Part shown: positions 20,449 to 30,260 of the stretch, piece after piece | How positions within the stretch are numbered: position 1 is the first letter of the stretch | How the letters are laid out: each line of letters begins with the position of its first letter | Source of the DNA: an uncultured Bradyrhizobium sp. | Lineage (GTDB): Bacteria > Pseudomonadota > Alphaproteobacteria > Rhizobiales > Xanthobacteraceae | Direction of reading: 5' to 3' | Assembly: GCF_936943645.1 (NCBI RefSeq) | Contig: NZ_CAKZJO010000101.1 | Location: 28,127-92,126, forward strand | DNA: 64,000 nt | The notes under the pieces: generated by a model | Database searches by the model: none | Told to the model about the DNA's origin: nothing | What the model saw: the letters and a program-made list of their open reading frames with translations, nothing else | Made by a program: the position numbers and the translations under genes

Positions 20449-21072
20449 TCAGCCCGCCCGTTTCAAGCCGCCTTTGGCCTCGATGAAGCCGACGATGCGG
20501 TCGAGCCCCTCGCTTTTCTTCAGGTTGGTCATGACGAAAGGACGCTCGCCGCGCATGCGCCGGGCGTCCGTGTCCATCTTCTCTAGGGAGGCGCCGACAT
20601 GGGGCGCAAGGTCGATCTTGTTGATGACCAGAAGATCGGACCGGGTGATGCCGGGGCCGCCCTTGGACGGGATCTTGTCGCCGGCGGCCACGTCGATCAC
20701 ATAGATGGTGAGGTCGGCCAGCTCCGGGGAAAAAGTGGCAGCAAGATTGTCGCCGCCGGACTCGATCAGCACGAGGTCGAGCCCGGGAAACTTGGCGCGC
20801 ATGTCCGCGACCGCGGCGAGATTCATTGAGGCATCCTCGCGGATGGCGGTGTGCGGACAGCCGCCGGTCTCGACGCCGGCAATGCGGTCCGGCGTCAGCG
20901 AGCCCGACCGCACCAGGAATTCGGCATCCCATTTCGTGTAGATGTCGTTGGTAATCGCGGCGATGTCATAGCGCTCACGCATGGTCTTGCAGAGCAAATC
21001 CATCAGCGCGGTCTTGCCCGATCCGACCGGGCCGCCGACGCCGACACGCAAAGGGCCGTGAGATTTCGACAT
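20449..21072 (-). CDS. ureG: Urease accessory GTPase UreG
   Basis: Sequence [29 protein letters not shown]...[13 protein letters not shown]...ESGGDNL. The track ORF is over-extended upstream and was trimmed to ATG 21072. Confidence 0.95.
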   Translation of the reverse strand: MSKSHGPLRVGVGGPVGSGKTALMDLLCKTMRERYDIAAITNDIYTKWDAEFLVRSGSLTPDRIAGVETGGCPHTAIREDASMNLAAVADMRAKFPGLDLVLIESGGDNLAATFSPELADLTIYVIDVAAGDKIPSKGGPGITRSDLLVINKIDLAPHVGASLEKMDTDARRMRGERPFVMTNLKKSEGLDRIVGFIEAKGGLKRAG

Positions 21073-21113
21073 GTGATTCGCTCGCTCTCGATGGGTTGAG
21101 GGCCGCCTCGCTC

Positions 21114-21842
21114 TCACGAGCGGAACAGCCGCGTATATTGTGTCTCGTGCCGCAGGCTGGCGAGGTCGGCGCGGAAGGTCGCGCTGCCGAGATCGTCCAG
21201 TGTCGCATGCAGCGCACGGTCGGCGGTGGCAGCCACAGCAGCCTCCAGCCTCACCAGCACGCGCTGGCTGTCGGTCTGGCCGAGCGGAATGAGGCGGCTT
21301 GCCGCGGAAATCCAGTTCGAGACGACGGCATGCAGGAAGGCGTGCAGCGTCGGCGCCAGCGGCACACCGTGCAAGGCAGCGACGACACCGACCGCGACCG
21401 GATAAACCAGTGGCGTGTGGCACGCCGAAACCATGGCATCCAGTCCGTCGGCATCCCACGCGGCGCGGGCGATGTCGATGAAGGCGCGGCCCTGCGAACT
21501 CGTCTCCAGCTGCCGCTCGCGCGACGGCACGAAGGCGGTGGCAAGCTCGGCGATCTCGCTCAAGGTCGTCTTCTCGTCCACCTCCGCAGCGCGATAGGCG
21601 TGGACTAGAAACGTCGCGTCACAAAAACCGGAACCGTCGCCGAGCATCGCGTCGAGCCAGTCGGCCAGCGTGGTCGTATCGACGATGTCGCCCGCCTCGA
21701 CCGCCCATTCGATGCCGCTGGAATAGGAGAAGCCGCCGACCGGAAATGCTGGCGACAGCCAGGTCATCAGCCGGTACAGCGCCGCCGCCTCGCCCTCGTC
21801 GAGACCGTCGGCGCTGACCGACTCACTTGTGGTCATGAGCAT
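21114..21842 (-). CDS. ureF: Urease accessory protein UreF
   Basis: Contains [28 protein letters not shown] and [13 protein letters not shown]. The start is ATG 21842 or 21836 and overlaps the ureE 3' end. The upstream part of the track ORF is an alternative-frame reading of the ureE His-codon repeat. Confidence 0.85.
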   Translation of the reverse strand: MLMTTSESVSADGLDEGEAAALYRLMTWLSPAFPVGGFSYSSGIEWAVEAGDIVDTTTLADWLDAMLGDGSGFCDATFLVHAYRAAEVDEKTTLSEIAELATAFVPSRERQLETSSQGRAFIDIARAAWDADGLDAMVSACHTPLVYPVAVGVVAALHGVPLAPTLHAFLHAVVSNWISAASRLIPLGQTDSQRVLVRLEAAVAATADRALHATLDDLGSATFRADLASLRHETQYTRLFRS

Positions 21843-22482
21843 GCTTGTGGCCGTGGTGATGGTCGGGATGGTCGCAATGCTCGTCATGGTGATGGTGATG
21901 ATCATGCCCATGGTCATGTGAGGCATGGTCATGGTGGTGATGATCGTGGTCGTGGTGATCATGATGATCGTGACCGTGGCGATCGTGGCCATGATCATGA
22001 TGATGCCCGTGATCGTGATGGGCATGATCGTCGTGCCCATGGGCATGGCCCGCATCGGCATAGGCACCGCCTTCGGGATCGAACGGCGCCTCGATCTCGA
22101 TCACGCGCGCCCCGAGGCCCTTCACCATGGCCTCGATGACGTGATCGCGGCGAATGCGCAGGGCCTTTGCCATGATCTGGGTCGGCAGATGGCGGTTGCC
22201 GAGATGCCAGCCGACGCGGATCAGGTGGTGTGGATCGCGGCCGCGGATTTCGAGCAGCGGCTCGGGCGCCGCGACCACCTCGACCAGCCGGCCGTCCTCC
22301 AGCACCAGCGCATCTCCGCCGCGGAGCGCGACGGCATTCTCGAGGTCGAGCAGGAATTCGAGCCCCCGCGTCCCCGTCATCGCCATGCGACGGCGGTGCC
22401 GATCATCGAAATCGAGCACGACCGTATCCGCCGGCGCTTCCGCGAAGCGGTGCTGTCCCTTGACCTGCGTCGCCCGGATCAT
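21823..22482 (-). CDS. ureE: Urease accessory metallochaperone UreE with a 75-residue His/Asp-rich tail
   Basis: The UreE core is [24 protein letters not shown]...GNRHLP. The tail (residues 145-219) holds 41 His by hand count. Confidence 0.9.
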   Translation of the reverse strand: MIRATQVKGQHRFAEAPADTVVLDFDDRHRRRMAMTGTRGLEFLLDLENAVALRGGDALVLEDGRLVEVVAAPEPLLEIRGRDPHHLIRVGWHLGNRHLPTQIMAKALRIRRDHVIEAMVKGLGARVIEIEAPFDPEGGAYADAGHAHGHDDHAHHDHGHHHDHGHDRHGHDHHDHHDHDHHHHDHASHDHGHDHHHHHDEHCDHPDHHHGHKHAHDHK

Positions 22483-22493
22483 GCTCTACCTCG

Positions 22494-22793
22494 TTACCTT
22501 GTCTCGACCTTCTCGGGCGTGATCACCTCGATCTTCGGCGGCGCCGTGAAGCACTTCACGGCGACACGGCCGAACGTCTTCATATGCTCCATGGCGCGAT
22601 GCGGCACCAGCGCCTCGGCGTTTTCCCACTGCTCGACGAACACCATCTTGGCGGGATCCGTGACGCTCTCATGCAGGTCATAGGCGATATTGCCGGGCTC
22701 TTTCCGCGTCTCCTTGATGCAGGCGGTGGCCGCTGCAATGAATTCAGCGCGCGTTTCGGGCTTGATGGTCAAGGTGGCAACGACGTAGATCAC
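22494..22793 (-). CDS. Antibiotic-biosynthesis-monooxygenase (ABM/Dabb) domain protein, 99 aa
   Basis: Sequence V(M)IYVVATLTIKPETRAEFIAAATACIKETRKEPGNIAYDLHESVTDPAKMVFVEQWENAEALVPHRAMEHMK. The GTG start at 22793 lies 7 nt after GGGAGG. The track ORF is longer, reaching 22913. Confidence 0.7.
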   Translation of the reverse strand: MIYVVATLTIKPETRAEFIAAATACIKETRKEPGNIAYDLHESVTDPAKMVFVEQWENAEALVPHRAMEHMKTFGRVAVKCFTAPPKIEVITPEKVETR

Positions 22794-22861
22794 GAGAAAT
22801 CCTCCCGGCTTTTCTTCTAAAGGGTTCAATACCGGGCGGGACATTAGACCAGGCGGGACCG

Positions 22862-22904
22862 AACGCAAAACCGCAAAAGGCCGTCCCCGGACCGCGCCGG
22901 GGAC
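22862..22904 (-). terminator. Terminator-like hairpin just after ureC (possible internal attenuator of the ure cluster)
   Basis: The minus strand reads GTCCCCGG-cgcggt-CCGGGGAC followed by GGCCTTTTGCGGTTTTGCG. It begins 19 nt after the ureC stop. Confidence 0.45.
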
Positions 22905-22922
22905 ATGCGTCAAGGCGCTATT

Positions 22923-24641
<1,719 letters not shown>

Positions 24642-24672
24642 AAGCCCCGTTTGCGTTTGAATTTCTGACTGT

Positions 24673-25212
24673 TCACAGCGAAGCCCTCGCTGCCCTCACG
24701 GCATCGTCGAATTTCGTATCGAGCCACCGATTGCCGCCGCGGCAACCGGCAACGACCTGCTCGGCCCAGCCGGTATAGTCGGCGAGATCGCCGCGCTCCT
24801 CAGTGGTCGGGTCGGCATGAACGCGCGCACCGATATTGCTGATCTTGTCGGCGATCTTGATCAGCTTGGCGCCCGGCGATTTGTGCGGAGCGTCCTCGAT
24901 CTGTTTCTGCCGCCGCGTTGCCCTCGGCAGGCTCATGTCGTCGGTACATTCGACGACGAGCGAAGCCACACGCTCGGAGAACTTCTGCGCGAGTTCCTCG
25001 CGCGTGGTGTCGGTGTCCTCGATCGTATCGTGCAGCCATCCGGCCGCGACCAGCTCGGCATCGGCGCCATCGGTCGCGGTAGCCAGCAGGTTCGCGACTT
25101 CCGCGAGGTGATTGATGTAGGGCTCGTTACCGCGCCCCTTCCGCGCCATGCCATTGTGCCGGCGCGCGGCCAGCCCGGCGGCTTCGGAGATGAGGTGGAC
25201 GGCAGGCAGCAT
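24673..25212 (-). CDS. HD-domain protein of the RelA/SpoT-hydrolase type (small alarmone hydrolase-like)
   Basis: The 179-aa product has [14 protein letters not shown]...[15 protein letters not shown]...VVECTDD, matching the (p)ppGpp-hydrolase HD fold (HD_4). It has no synthetase domain. Confidence 0.75.
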   Translation of the reverse strand: MLPAVHLISEAAGLAARRHNGMARKGRGNEPYINHLAEVANLLATATDGADAELVAAGWLHDTIEDTDTTREELAQKFSERVASLVVECTDDMSLPRATRRQKQIEDAPHKSPGAKLIKIADKISNIGARVHADPTTEERGDLADYTGWAEQVVAGCRGGNRWLDTKFDDAVRAARASL

Positions 25213-25277
25213 GCTTCACGCCTCCTCGATGCGGCTGGACGCGTCGTTCACTGCGCGAGCGCGATCGTCGTCGAAAG

Positions 25278-25883
25278 TCATCGTTGAGCCCCTGTCCCGC
25301 CTGAGGTGCCAGTGATGGCGGGCTGCAGGCATTGCGCCTGAAATTCGGCAACTTTCTTCAAGCCGGACTTCGCGATCGGATCCTTTCCATAGTCTGCGAC
25401 CACGGATCCAAACTTGAATCCGATCCGGCCAGTTTGCTTGAACTTGTTGAACCAAGCGCCGTCGGCACTCATCCGAAAACGATATTCCCAGCCGCCGGCC
25501 TCCGAAAACGACGGCTCGACGATCGACGCTCCACCTTCGAATTCCACCTTCGGATAGGTGTTCGATCGAACGAAGTCGGCGAGGACCTTGCGCTCCTTGT
25601 CGTTGGCCGCCCCAAAAACGTCGACCATGCCGGACGCCGGCCGACAGTAGAACCACACCGTTCCCAATTCGTCGGTAGCCTCAGTCTCAGTGAAAGCGAG
25701 CAGCAGCCGTCCGTCGCTGACCTTGTTCACTCGCCACTGCCAGCCGTCTTCGCTGTAGCCAATGGATGGGAAGGAGAGAACAAGGACGATGGCGGCGAGG
25801 CCTCGATGGACCGGCCAAGCGGACGCCCGGCTCACCGCCGTTGGCGCTGCTCGTCCTTGGGGCTCCGCACGCTTCGAAAACAT
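25278..25883 (-). CDS. Hypothetical secreted protein (about 200 aa) between ureB and the HD-domain gene
   Basis: The ATG lies 4 nt after the ureB stop. It has a hydrophobic leader GLAAIVLVLSFPSIGYS and no recognised domain. GC is lower than its neighbours: 136/240 = 57% by hand count over 25381-25620, against 65% in a 60-nt ureB sample. Confidence 0.55.
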   Translation of the reverse strand: MFSKRAEPQGRAAPTAVSRASAWPVHRGLAAIVLVLSFPSIGYSEDGWQWRVNKVSDGRLLLAFTETEATDELGTVWFYCRPASGMVDVFGAANDKERKVLADFVRSNTYPKVEFEGGASIVEPSFSEAGGWEYRFRMSADGAWFNKFKQTGRIGFKFGSVVADYGKDPIAKSGLKKVAEFQAQCLQPAITGTSGGTGAQR

Positions 25884-25887
25884 CGCT

Positions 25888-26193
25888 TCACAGCTTGCCC
25901 ATGACGTCGCCGCGAAAGCCGTAGATCGTCTTCTTGCCACCAAGCGCGACGAGCTGGATGTCGCGGGTCTGGCCGGGCTCGAAGCGGACGGCGGTGCCGG
26001 CGGCAATGTCGAGGCGCATGCCGCGGGACTTCTTGCGGTCGAACTTCAGCGCGGGGTTGGTCTCGAAGAAGTGGTAGTGCGAGCCGACCTGGATCGGGCG
26101 GTCGCCGGTGTTCGCCACCGTCAGCGTCACGGTCTTGCGGCCGGCATTGAGCTCGATCTCGCCGTCCTGGATGAAGAGTTCGCCGGGGATCAT
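25888..26193 (-). CDS. ureB: Urease beta subunit
   Basis: Sequence [46 protein letters not shown]. Confidence 0.95.
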   Translation of the reverse strand: MIPGELFIQDGEIELNAGRKTVTLTVANTGDRPIQVGSHYHFFETNPALKFDRKKSRGMRLDIAAGTAVRFEPGQTRDIQLVALGGKKTIYGFRGDVMGKL

Positions 26194-26221
26194 GTGCTAC
26201 CTCGTCTTGCTCCGCTGCGTC

Positions 26222-26299
26222 ATGGCCGGGCTTGTCCCGGCCATCCACGTGGTGCCACTTGGTTCGAAGGTCGTGGATGCCCGGGTCAAGCCCGGGCAT
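26222..26299. repeat. Double-hairpin REP element inside the ureA-ureB spacer
   Basis: Hairpin 1 is atggccggg-cttgt-cccggccat (26222-26244). Hairpin 2 is atgcccggg-tcaag-cccgggcat (26277-26299). This repeat type is common in Bradyrhizobium and Rhodopseudomonas intergenic DNA. Confidence 0.6.
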
Positions 26300-26324
26300 G
26301 ACAGTGGTGATGTAGTGTCGTGCT

Positions 26325-26627
26325 TCACCGGATCGGTTCGTGCACGGTGACGAGCTTGGTGCCATCCGGAAAAGTCGCCTCGACCTGGATGTCGTGGATC
26401 ATCTCGGGGATGCCCGCCATCACCTGATCGCGGGTGAGCACCTGCGCGCCGGATTGCATCAGCTCGGCGACGGTGCGGCCGTCACGCGCGCCTTCGAGGA
26501 TGAAATCGGAGATGATCGCGATCGCCTCGGGGTGGTTGAGCTTGACGCCGCGATCAAGCCGCCGCCGCGCCACGATCGCCGCCATCGAGATCAGAAGCTT
26601 GTCCTTTTCGCGGGGAGACAGGTTCAT
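26325..26627 (-). CDS. ureA: Urease gamma subunit
   Basis: Sequence [39 protein letters not shown]. Confidence 0.95.
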   Translation of the reverse strand: MNLSPREKDKLLISMAAIVARRRLDRGVKLNHPEAIAIISDFILEGARDGRTVAELMQSGAQVLTRDQVMAGIPEMIHDIQVEATFPDGTKLVTVHEPIR

Positions 26628-26664
26628 GCGAAATCTCTTCCGTTCAGCACGTCAATTCAGCCGG

Positions 26665-27510
26665 TCAGTTCAACCAGAGCCGCGGCAGCGCGGCACCGGT
26701 GCGCGCCAGCACGGCCATCATGTCGGCGCGCAGGCGCGCCGCATCTTGGGCACAGAACCGCGCCATTGCAAAGCCATTCCACGCGGAGATTCCGACCTCG
26801 CCGGAGAAGGACTCCGACGCCTCGCGAATGCGCTCCACCAGGGCCTCGTCGCCGGGCACGATCAGGGCCGTGCCGATCGCGGCTCCGCCCTTGGCAACGG
26901 CGGATCGCCCAAGCTTTGCGCCGATATTGCCGTCGAGCCGGACGGTCTCGGCGAATACGAGCTTGCCGCCACGGCGCAGCCGCCAGCGGTCGACGAATTC
27001 GCCCTGCTCCATCCGCTCGCCCATCGCGGTGCGGCCGAACACGACGATCTCGCAAAGCAGGAGCGAGGCGGCCTCATCGAGCTCGATATCGAAGCGGCGG
27101 TGGACCCGGGCGCGATCGAACAGGATCGTTTCCTGGGGCAGCCATGCGAGATGCGCGCCTGCGGCAACCTTCAGGTCGATATTGAGCTGCGCCGCGGCGC
27201 CGGGCGCACGGTAGACCTTTTCGGCAGCCGCCGTCGTCAGGGTCAGGCGTGCGCCCTCGGCCGCCGCGATCCCGATATCGAAATTGTCCCCGCCGGCGAC
27301 GCCACCTGCCGTGTTGACGAACACGCCGGACAGGCCCTGATCTTCCGGCGAGGGAAAGCGGACACGGAGCGAGCCGGATTCATGCAAGGTCCCGCGCCGC
27401 GTCACGCCATCGCGCGCATGCACGTCGAAGCGCACCGCGCCACGGGCACGGTTCGCCTCGAAAATCGTCGACTCAAGGTCGGTAGAATTAGCTGATCGTT
27501 CGCTGCGCAT
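26665..27510 (-). CDS. ureD: Urease accessory protein UreD
   Basis: The 281-aa product has VFVNTAGGVAGGD and AWLPQETILFD blocks. It sits immediately downstream of urtE. Confidence 0.88.
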   Translation of the reverse strand: MRSERSANSTDLESTIFEANRARGAVRFDVHARDGVTRRGTLHESGSLRVRFPSPEDQGLSGVFVNTAGGVAGGDNFDIGIAAAEGARLTLTTAAAEKVYRAPGAAAQLNIDLKVAAGAHLAWLPQETILFDRARVHRRFDIELDEAASLLLCEIVVFGRTAMGERMEQGEFVDRWRLRRGGKLVFAETVRLDGNIGAKLGRSAVAKGGAAIGTALIVPGDEALVERIREASESFSGEVGISAWNGFAMARFCAQDAARLRADMMAVLARTGAALPRLWLN

Positions 27511-27541
27511 CCGCCTCCCCAGCCGGTCGCGGCAAAATGGC

Positions 27542-28237
27542 TTACAGCGCCATCTGGCGGCTGATCTCGCTCGCGTCGAGATTGGCGCGGTCGCAGGTGA
27601 ACTTCACCGCGCCGCGATCCATCACCGCGAAACTGTCGCCGAGTTCGCAGGCAAAGTCGAGATATTGTTCGACCAGCACGATGGCGATGTTGCCGAGATT
27701 GCGCAAATAGGAGATGGCGCGGCCGATGTCCTTGATGATGGAGGGCTGGATGCCCTCGGTCGGCTCGTCGAGCAGGAGAAGCTTCGGCCGCATCACCAGC
27801 GCGCGGCCGATCGCGAGCTGCTGCTGCTGGCCGCCGGAGAGATCGCCGCCGCGCCGCCCGAGCATGGATTGCAGCACCGGAAACAGCGAGAACACGTCGT
27901 CCGGAATGTGCTTGTCCTCGCGCTTGAGCGGACCGAAGCCGGTCTTGAGGTTCTCCTCCACCGTCAGCAGCGGAAAAATCTCGCGGCCCTGCGGCACGAA
28001 GCCGATGCCCTTGCGCGCCCGCTCGTAGGGCTTCAAGCCCGTGATGTCGCTGCCGTCGAGCACGATCGCGCCCGACGAGATCGGGTATTGCCCGACCATG
28101 GCGCGCAGAAGCGAGGTCTTGCCGACGCCGTTGCGACCGAGCACGCACGTCACCTTGCCGGGCTCCGCCGCGATGGAGACACCGCGCAGCGCCTGCGCCG
28201 CGCCGTAGAACAGGTTGATATCTTTGACTTCAAGCAT
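27542..28237 (-). CDS. urtE: Urea ABC transporter ATP-binding protein UrtE
   Basis: It is LivF-like, with GRNGVGKTSLLRAM, LSGGQQQQLAIGRAL and LLLDEP. The start is ATG 28237 or GTG 28246. Confidence 0.9.
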   Translation of the reverse strand: MLEVKDINLFYGAAQALRGVSIAAEPGKVTCVLGRNGVGKTSLLRAMVGQYPISSGAIVLDGSDITGLKPYERARKGIGFVPQGREIFPLLTVEENLKTGFGPLKREDKHIPDDVFSLFPVLQSMLGRRGGDLSGGQQQQLAIGRALVMRPKLLLLDEPTEGIQPSIIKDIGRAISYLRNLGNIAIVLVEQYLDFACELGDSFAVMDRGAVKFTCDRANLDASEISRQMAL

Positions 28238-28254
28238 CGGAAACACCTTTGCGG

Positions 28255-28329
28255 GCGAATAGCGAATGGCGAGTAGCGAATAAGAGAAACGGCCAATCCA
28301 TTCGCCACTCCCTATTCACCACTCGCTAC
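28255..28329. repeat. Imperfect inverted repeat built from gcgaat(a/g)g-type octamers (urtD-urtE spacer)
   Basis: The left arm is gcgaatagcgaatggcgagtagcgaataag. The right arm is ccattcgccactccctattcaccactcgctac, which reverse-complements to tagcgagtggtgaataggg.gtggcgaatgg. The right arm overlaps the urtD stop codon. Confidence 0.4.
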
Positions 28330-29087
28330 CTACCCAGATAGACTTCGATGACCCGCTCGTTGGACGAGACCTGGTCGATGGTTCCTTCCGCGAGCACCGT
28401 GCCTTCGTGCAGGCAGGTGACCTTGACGCCGAGCTCGCGCACGAACGTCATGTCGTGCTCGACCACCATCACGGTGTGGGTCTTGTTGATCTCTTTCAAG
28501 AGCTCGGCGGTGAGATGCGTCTCGACGTCGGTCATGCCGGCGACGGGCTCGTCGACCAGCAGCAGCTTCGGGTCCTGTGCCAGCAGCATGCCGATCTCGA
28601 GCCACTGCTTCTGGCCATGGCTGAGGCTGCCGGCGAGGCGGTTGCGGGCCTCCGTGAGCCGGATCGTCTCCAGCACCTTGTCGATGCGCTCGGACTCGGC
28701 CTTGCTGCCGCGCCAGAACAGCGTGCCCTTGACGCTGTGGTCGACATTGAGCGCGAGCAGCAGATTGTCCTGCACGGTCTGGCTCTCGAATACGGTCGGC
28801 TTCTGGAATTTGCGGCCGATGCCGAGCTCGGCGATGCGGGTCTCGTCGAGGCGCGTCAGATCCGTGACGCCGTCGAACAGCACGGTGCCTTCGTCCGGCT
28901 TGGTCTTGCCGGTGATGATGTCCATCATCGTGGTCTTGCCGGCGCCGTTCGGGCCGATGATGGCGCGCATCTCGCCGGGCTCGAGCGTCAGAGACAGATT
29001 GTTGATGGCGTGGAAGCCGTCGAACGAGACGTGCACGCCGTCAAGATAGAGCATTGCGGAGGTTGCGCGGTTGTCCATGACGTTCAT
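28326..29087 (-). CDS. urtD: Urea ABC transporter ATP-binding protein UrtD
   Basis: It is LivG-like, with GPNGAGKTTMMDIITGKTKPDEG, LSHGQKQWLEIGMLL and LLVDEP. Confidence 0.9.
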   Translation of the reverse strand: MNVMDNRATSAMLYLDGVHVSFDGFHAINNLSLTLEPGEMRAIIGPNGAGKTTMMDIITGKTKPDEGTVLFDGVTDLTRLDETRIAELGIGRKFQKPTVFESQTVQDNLLLALNVDHSVKGTLFWRGSKAESERIDKVLETIRLTEARNRLAGSLSHGQKQWLEIGMLLAQDPKLLLVDEPVAGMTDVETHLTAELLKEINKTHTVMVVEHDMTFVRELGVKVTCLHEGTVLAEGTIDQVSSNERVIEVYLGR

Positions 29088-29093
29088 GACCGC

Positions 29094-30260
29094 CTACTCC
29101 GCCATCTTCGGTTGGGTGACGCCGTCTTCGGCGGCAGCGCTCACCGAGGCAGCGGCGCGCTTCTCCTTCAAGGAATCCCACCAGGCATTGAAGGTGCCGA
29201 CGATGCCCTTCGGCAGCAGCAGCGTCACCAGGATGAACAATGCACCCAGCATGAACAGCCAGTACGGCGCCAGCACGCCCGAGGTGAAGAACGTCTTGGC
29301 GTAGTTGACGACGATGGCCCCGAGCGCGGCGCCGACCAGCGTGCCGCGGCCGCCGACCGCGACCCAGATCACTGCCTCGATCGAATTGCCCGGCGCGAAC
29401 TCGGATGGGTTGATGATGCCGACCTGCGGCACGTAGAGCGCGCCGGCAACGCCGGCCATGCAGGCCGACACCGTGAACACGAACAGCTTGTAGGATTCGA
29501 CGCGGTAGCCGAGGAAGCGCGTGCGCGATTCCGCGTCACGCACCGCGATCAGCACCTTGCCGAGCTTGGACGAGACGATGGAGCGGCAGATCAGGAAACC
29601 GAGGATCAGCGCCAGGCAGCTCAGCGCGAACAGCGCTGCGCGGGTGCCCTCGGCCTGGACGTTGAAGCCGAGGATGTCCTTGAAGTCGGTCAGGCCGTTG
29701 TTGCCGCCGAAGCCGAAATCGTTGCGGAAGAAGGCAAGCAGCAGCGCATAGGTCATCGCCTGCGTGATGATCGAGAGGTACACGCCGGTGACGCGGGAGC
29801 GGAAGGCGAGCCAGCCGAAGCAGAAGGCGAGCAGGCCCGGCACGACCAGCACCATCAACGCAGCGAACCAGAACATGTCGAAGCCGTACCAGTACCAGGG
29901 CAGCTTCGAATAGTTCAGGAACACCATGAAGTCCGGCAGAACAGGATTGCCGTAGACGCCGCGGCTGCCGATCTGCCGCATCAGATACATGCCCATGGCA
30001 TAGCCGCCGAGCGCGAAGAAGGCACCGTGGCCGAGCGAGAGGATGCCGCAATAGCCCCAGATCAGGTCGATCGCGAGCGCGAGGATCGCGTAGCAGACAT
30101 ATTTGCCCCAGAGCGCGACCAGATAGGTCGGCACCTGCAGGAACGAGCCCGCGGGCAGCAGCAGGTTCGAGAGCGGGATGAGGATGCCGCAGGCCGCGAC
30201 GACGGCAAGGAAGATCGTCGCGCTGCGGTCCAGCGATCGGGTCAGCATGTGAGGGGTCAT
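29094..30260 (-). CDS. urtC: Urea ABC transporter permease UrtC
   Basis: The product starts MTPHMLTRSLDRS. It carries the branched-chain-type permease blocks GILSLGHGAFFALGGY and GVAGALY. Its ATG overlaps the urtB stop as ATGA. Confidence 0.9.
   Translation of the reverse strand: MTPHMLTRSLDRSATIFLAVVAACGILIPLSNLLLPAGSFLQVPTYLVALWGKYVCYAILALAIDLIWGYCGILSLGHGAFFALGGYAMGMYLMRQIGSRGVYGNPVLPDFMVFLNYSKLPWYWYGFDMFWFAALMVLVVPGLLAFCFGWLAFRSRVTGVYLSIITQAMTYALLLAFFRNDFGFGGNNGLTDFKDILGFNVQAEGTRAALFALSCLALILGFLICRSIVSSKLGKVLIAVRDAESRTRFLGYRVESYKLFVFTVSACMAGVAGALYVPQVGIINPSEFAPGNSIEAVIWVAVGGRGTLVGAALGAIVVNYAKTFFTSGVLAPYWLFMLGALFILVTLLLPKGIVGTFNAWWDSLKEKRAAASVSAAAEDGVTQPKMAE

Noticed and set aside
21843-22683. 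Odd ORFs rich in M, I, T and V (the upstream part of 21114-22067 on the minus strand, and 21925-22683 on the plus strand)
   Set aside because: They are alternative-frame or opposite-strand readings of the CAY/GAY codon repeat that encodes the UreE His/Asp tail. They are not independent genes.
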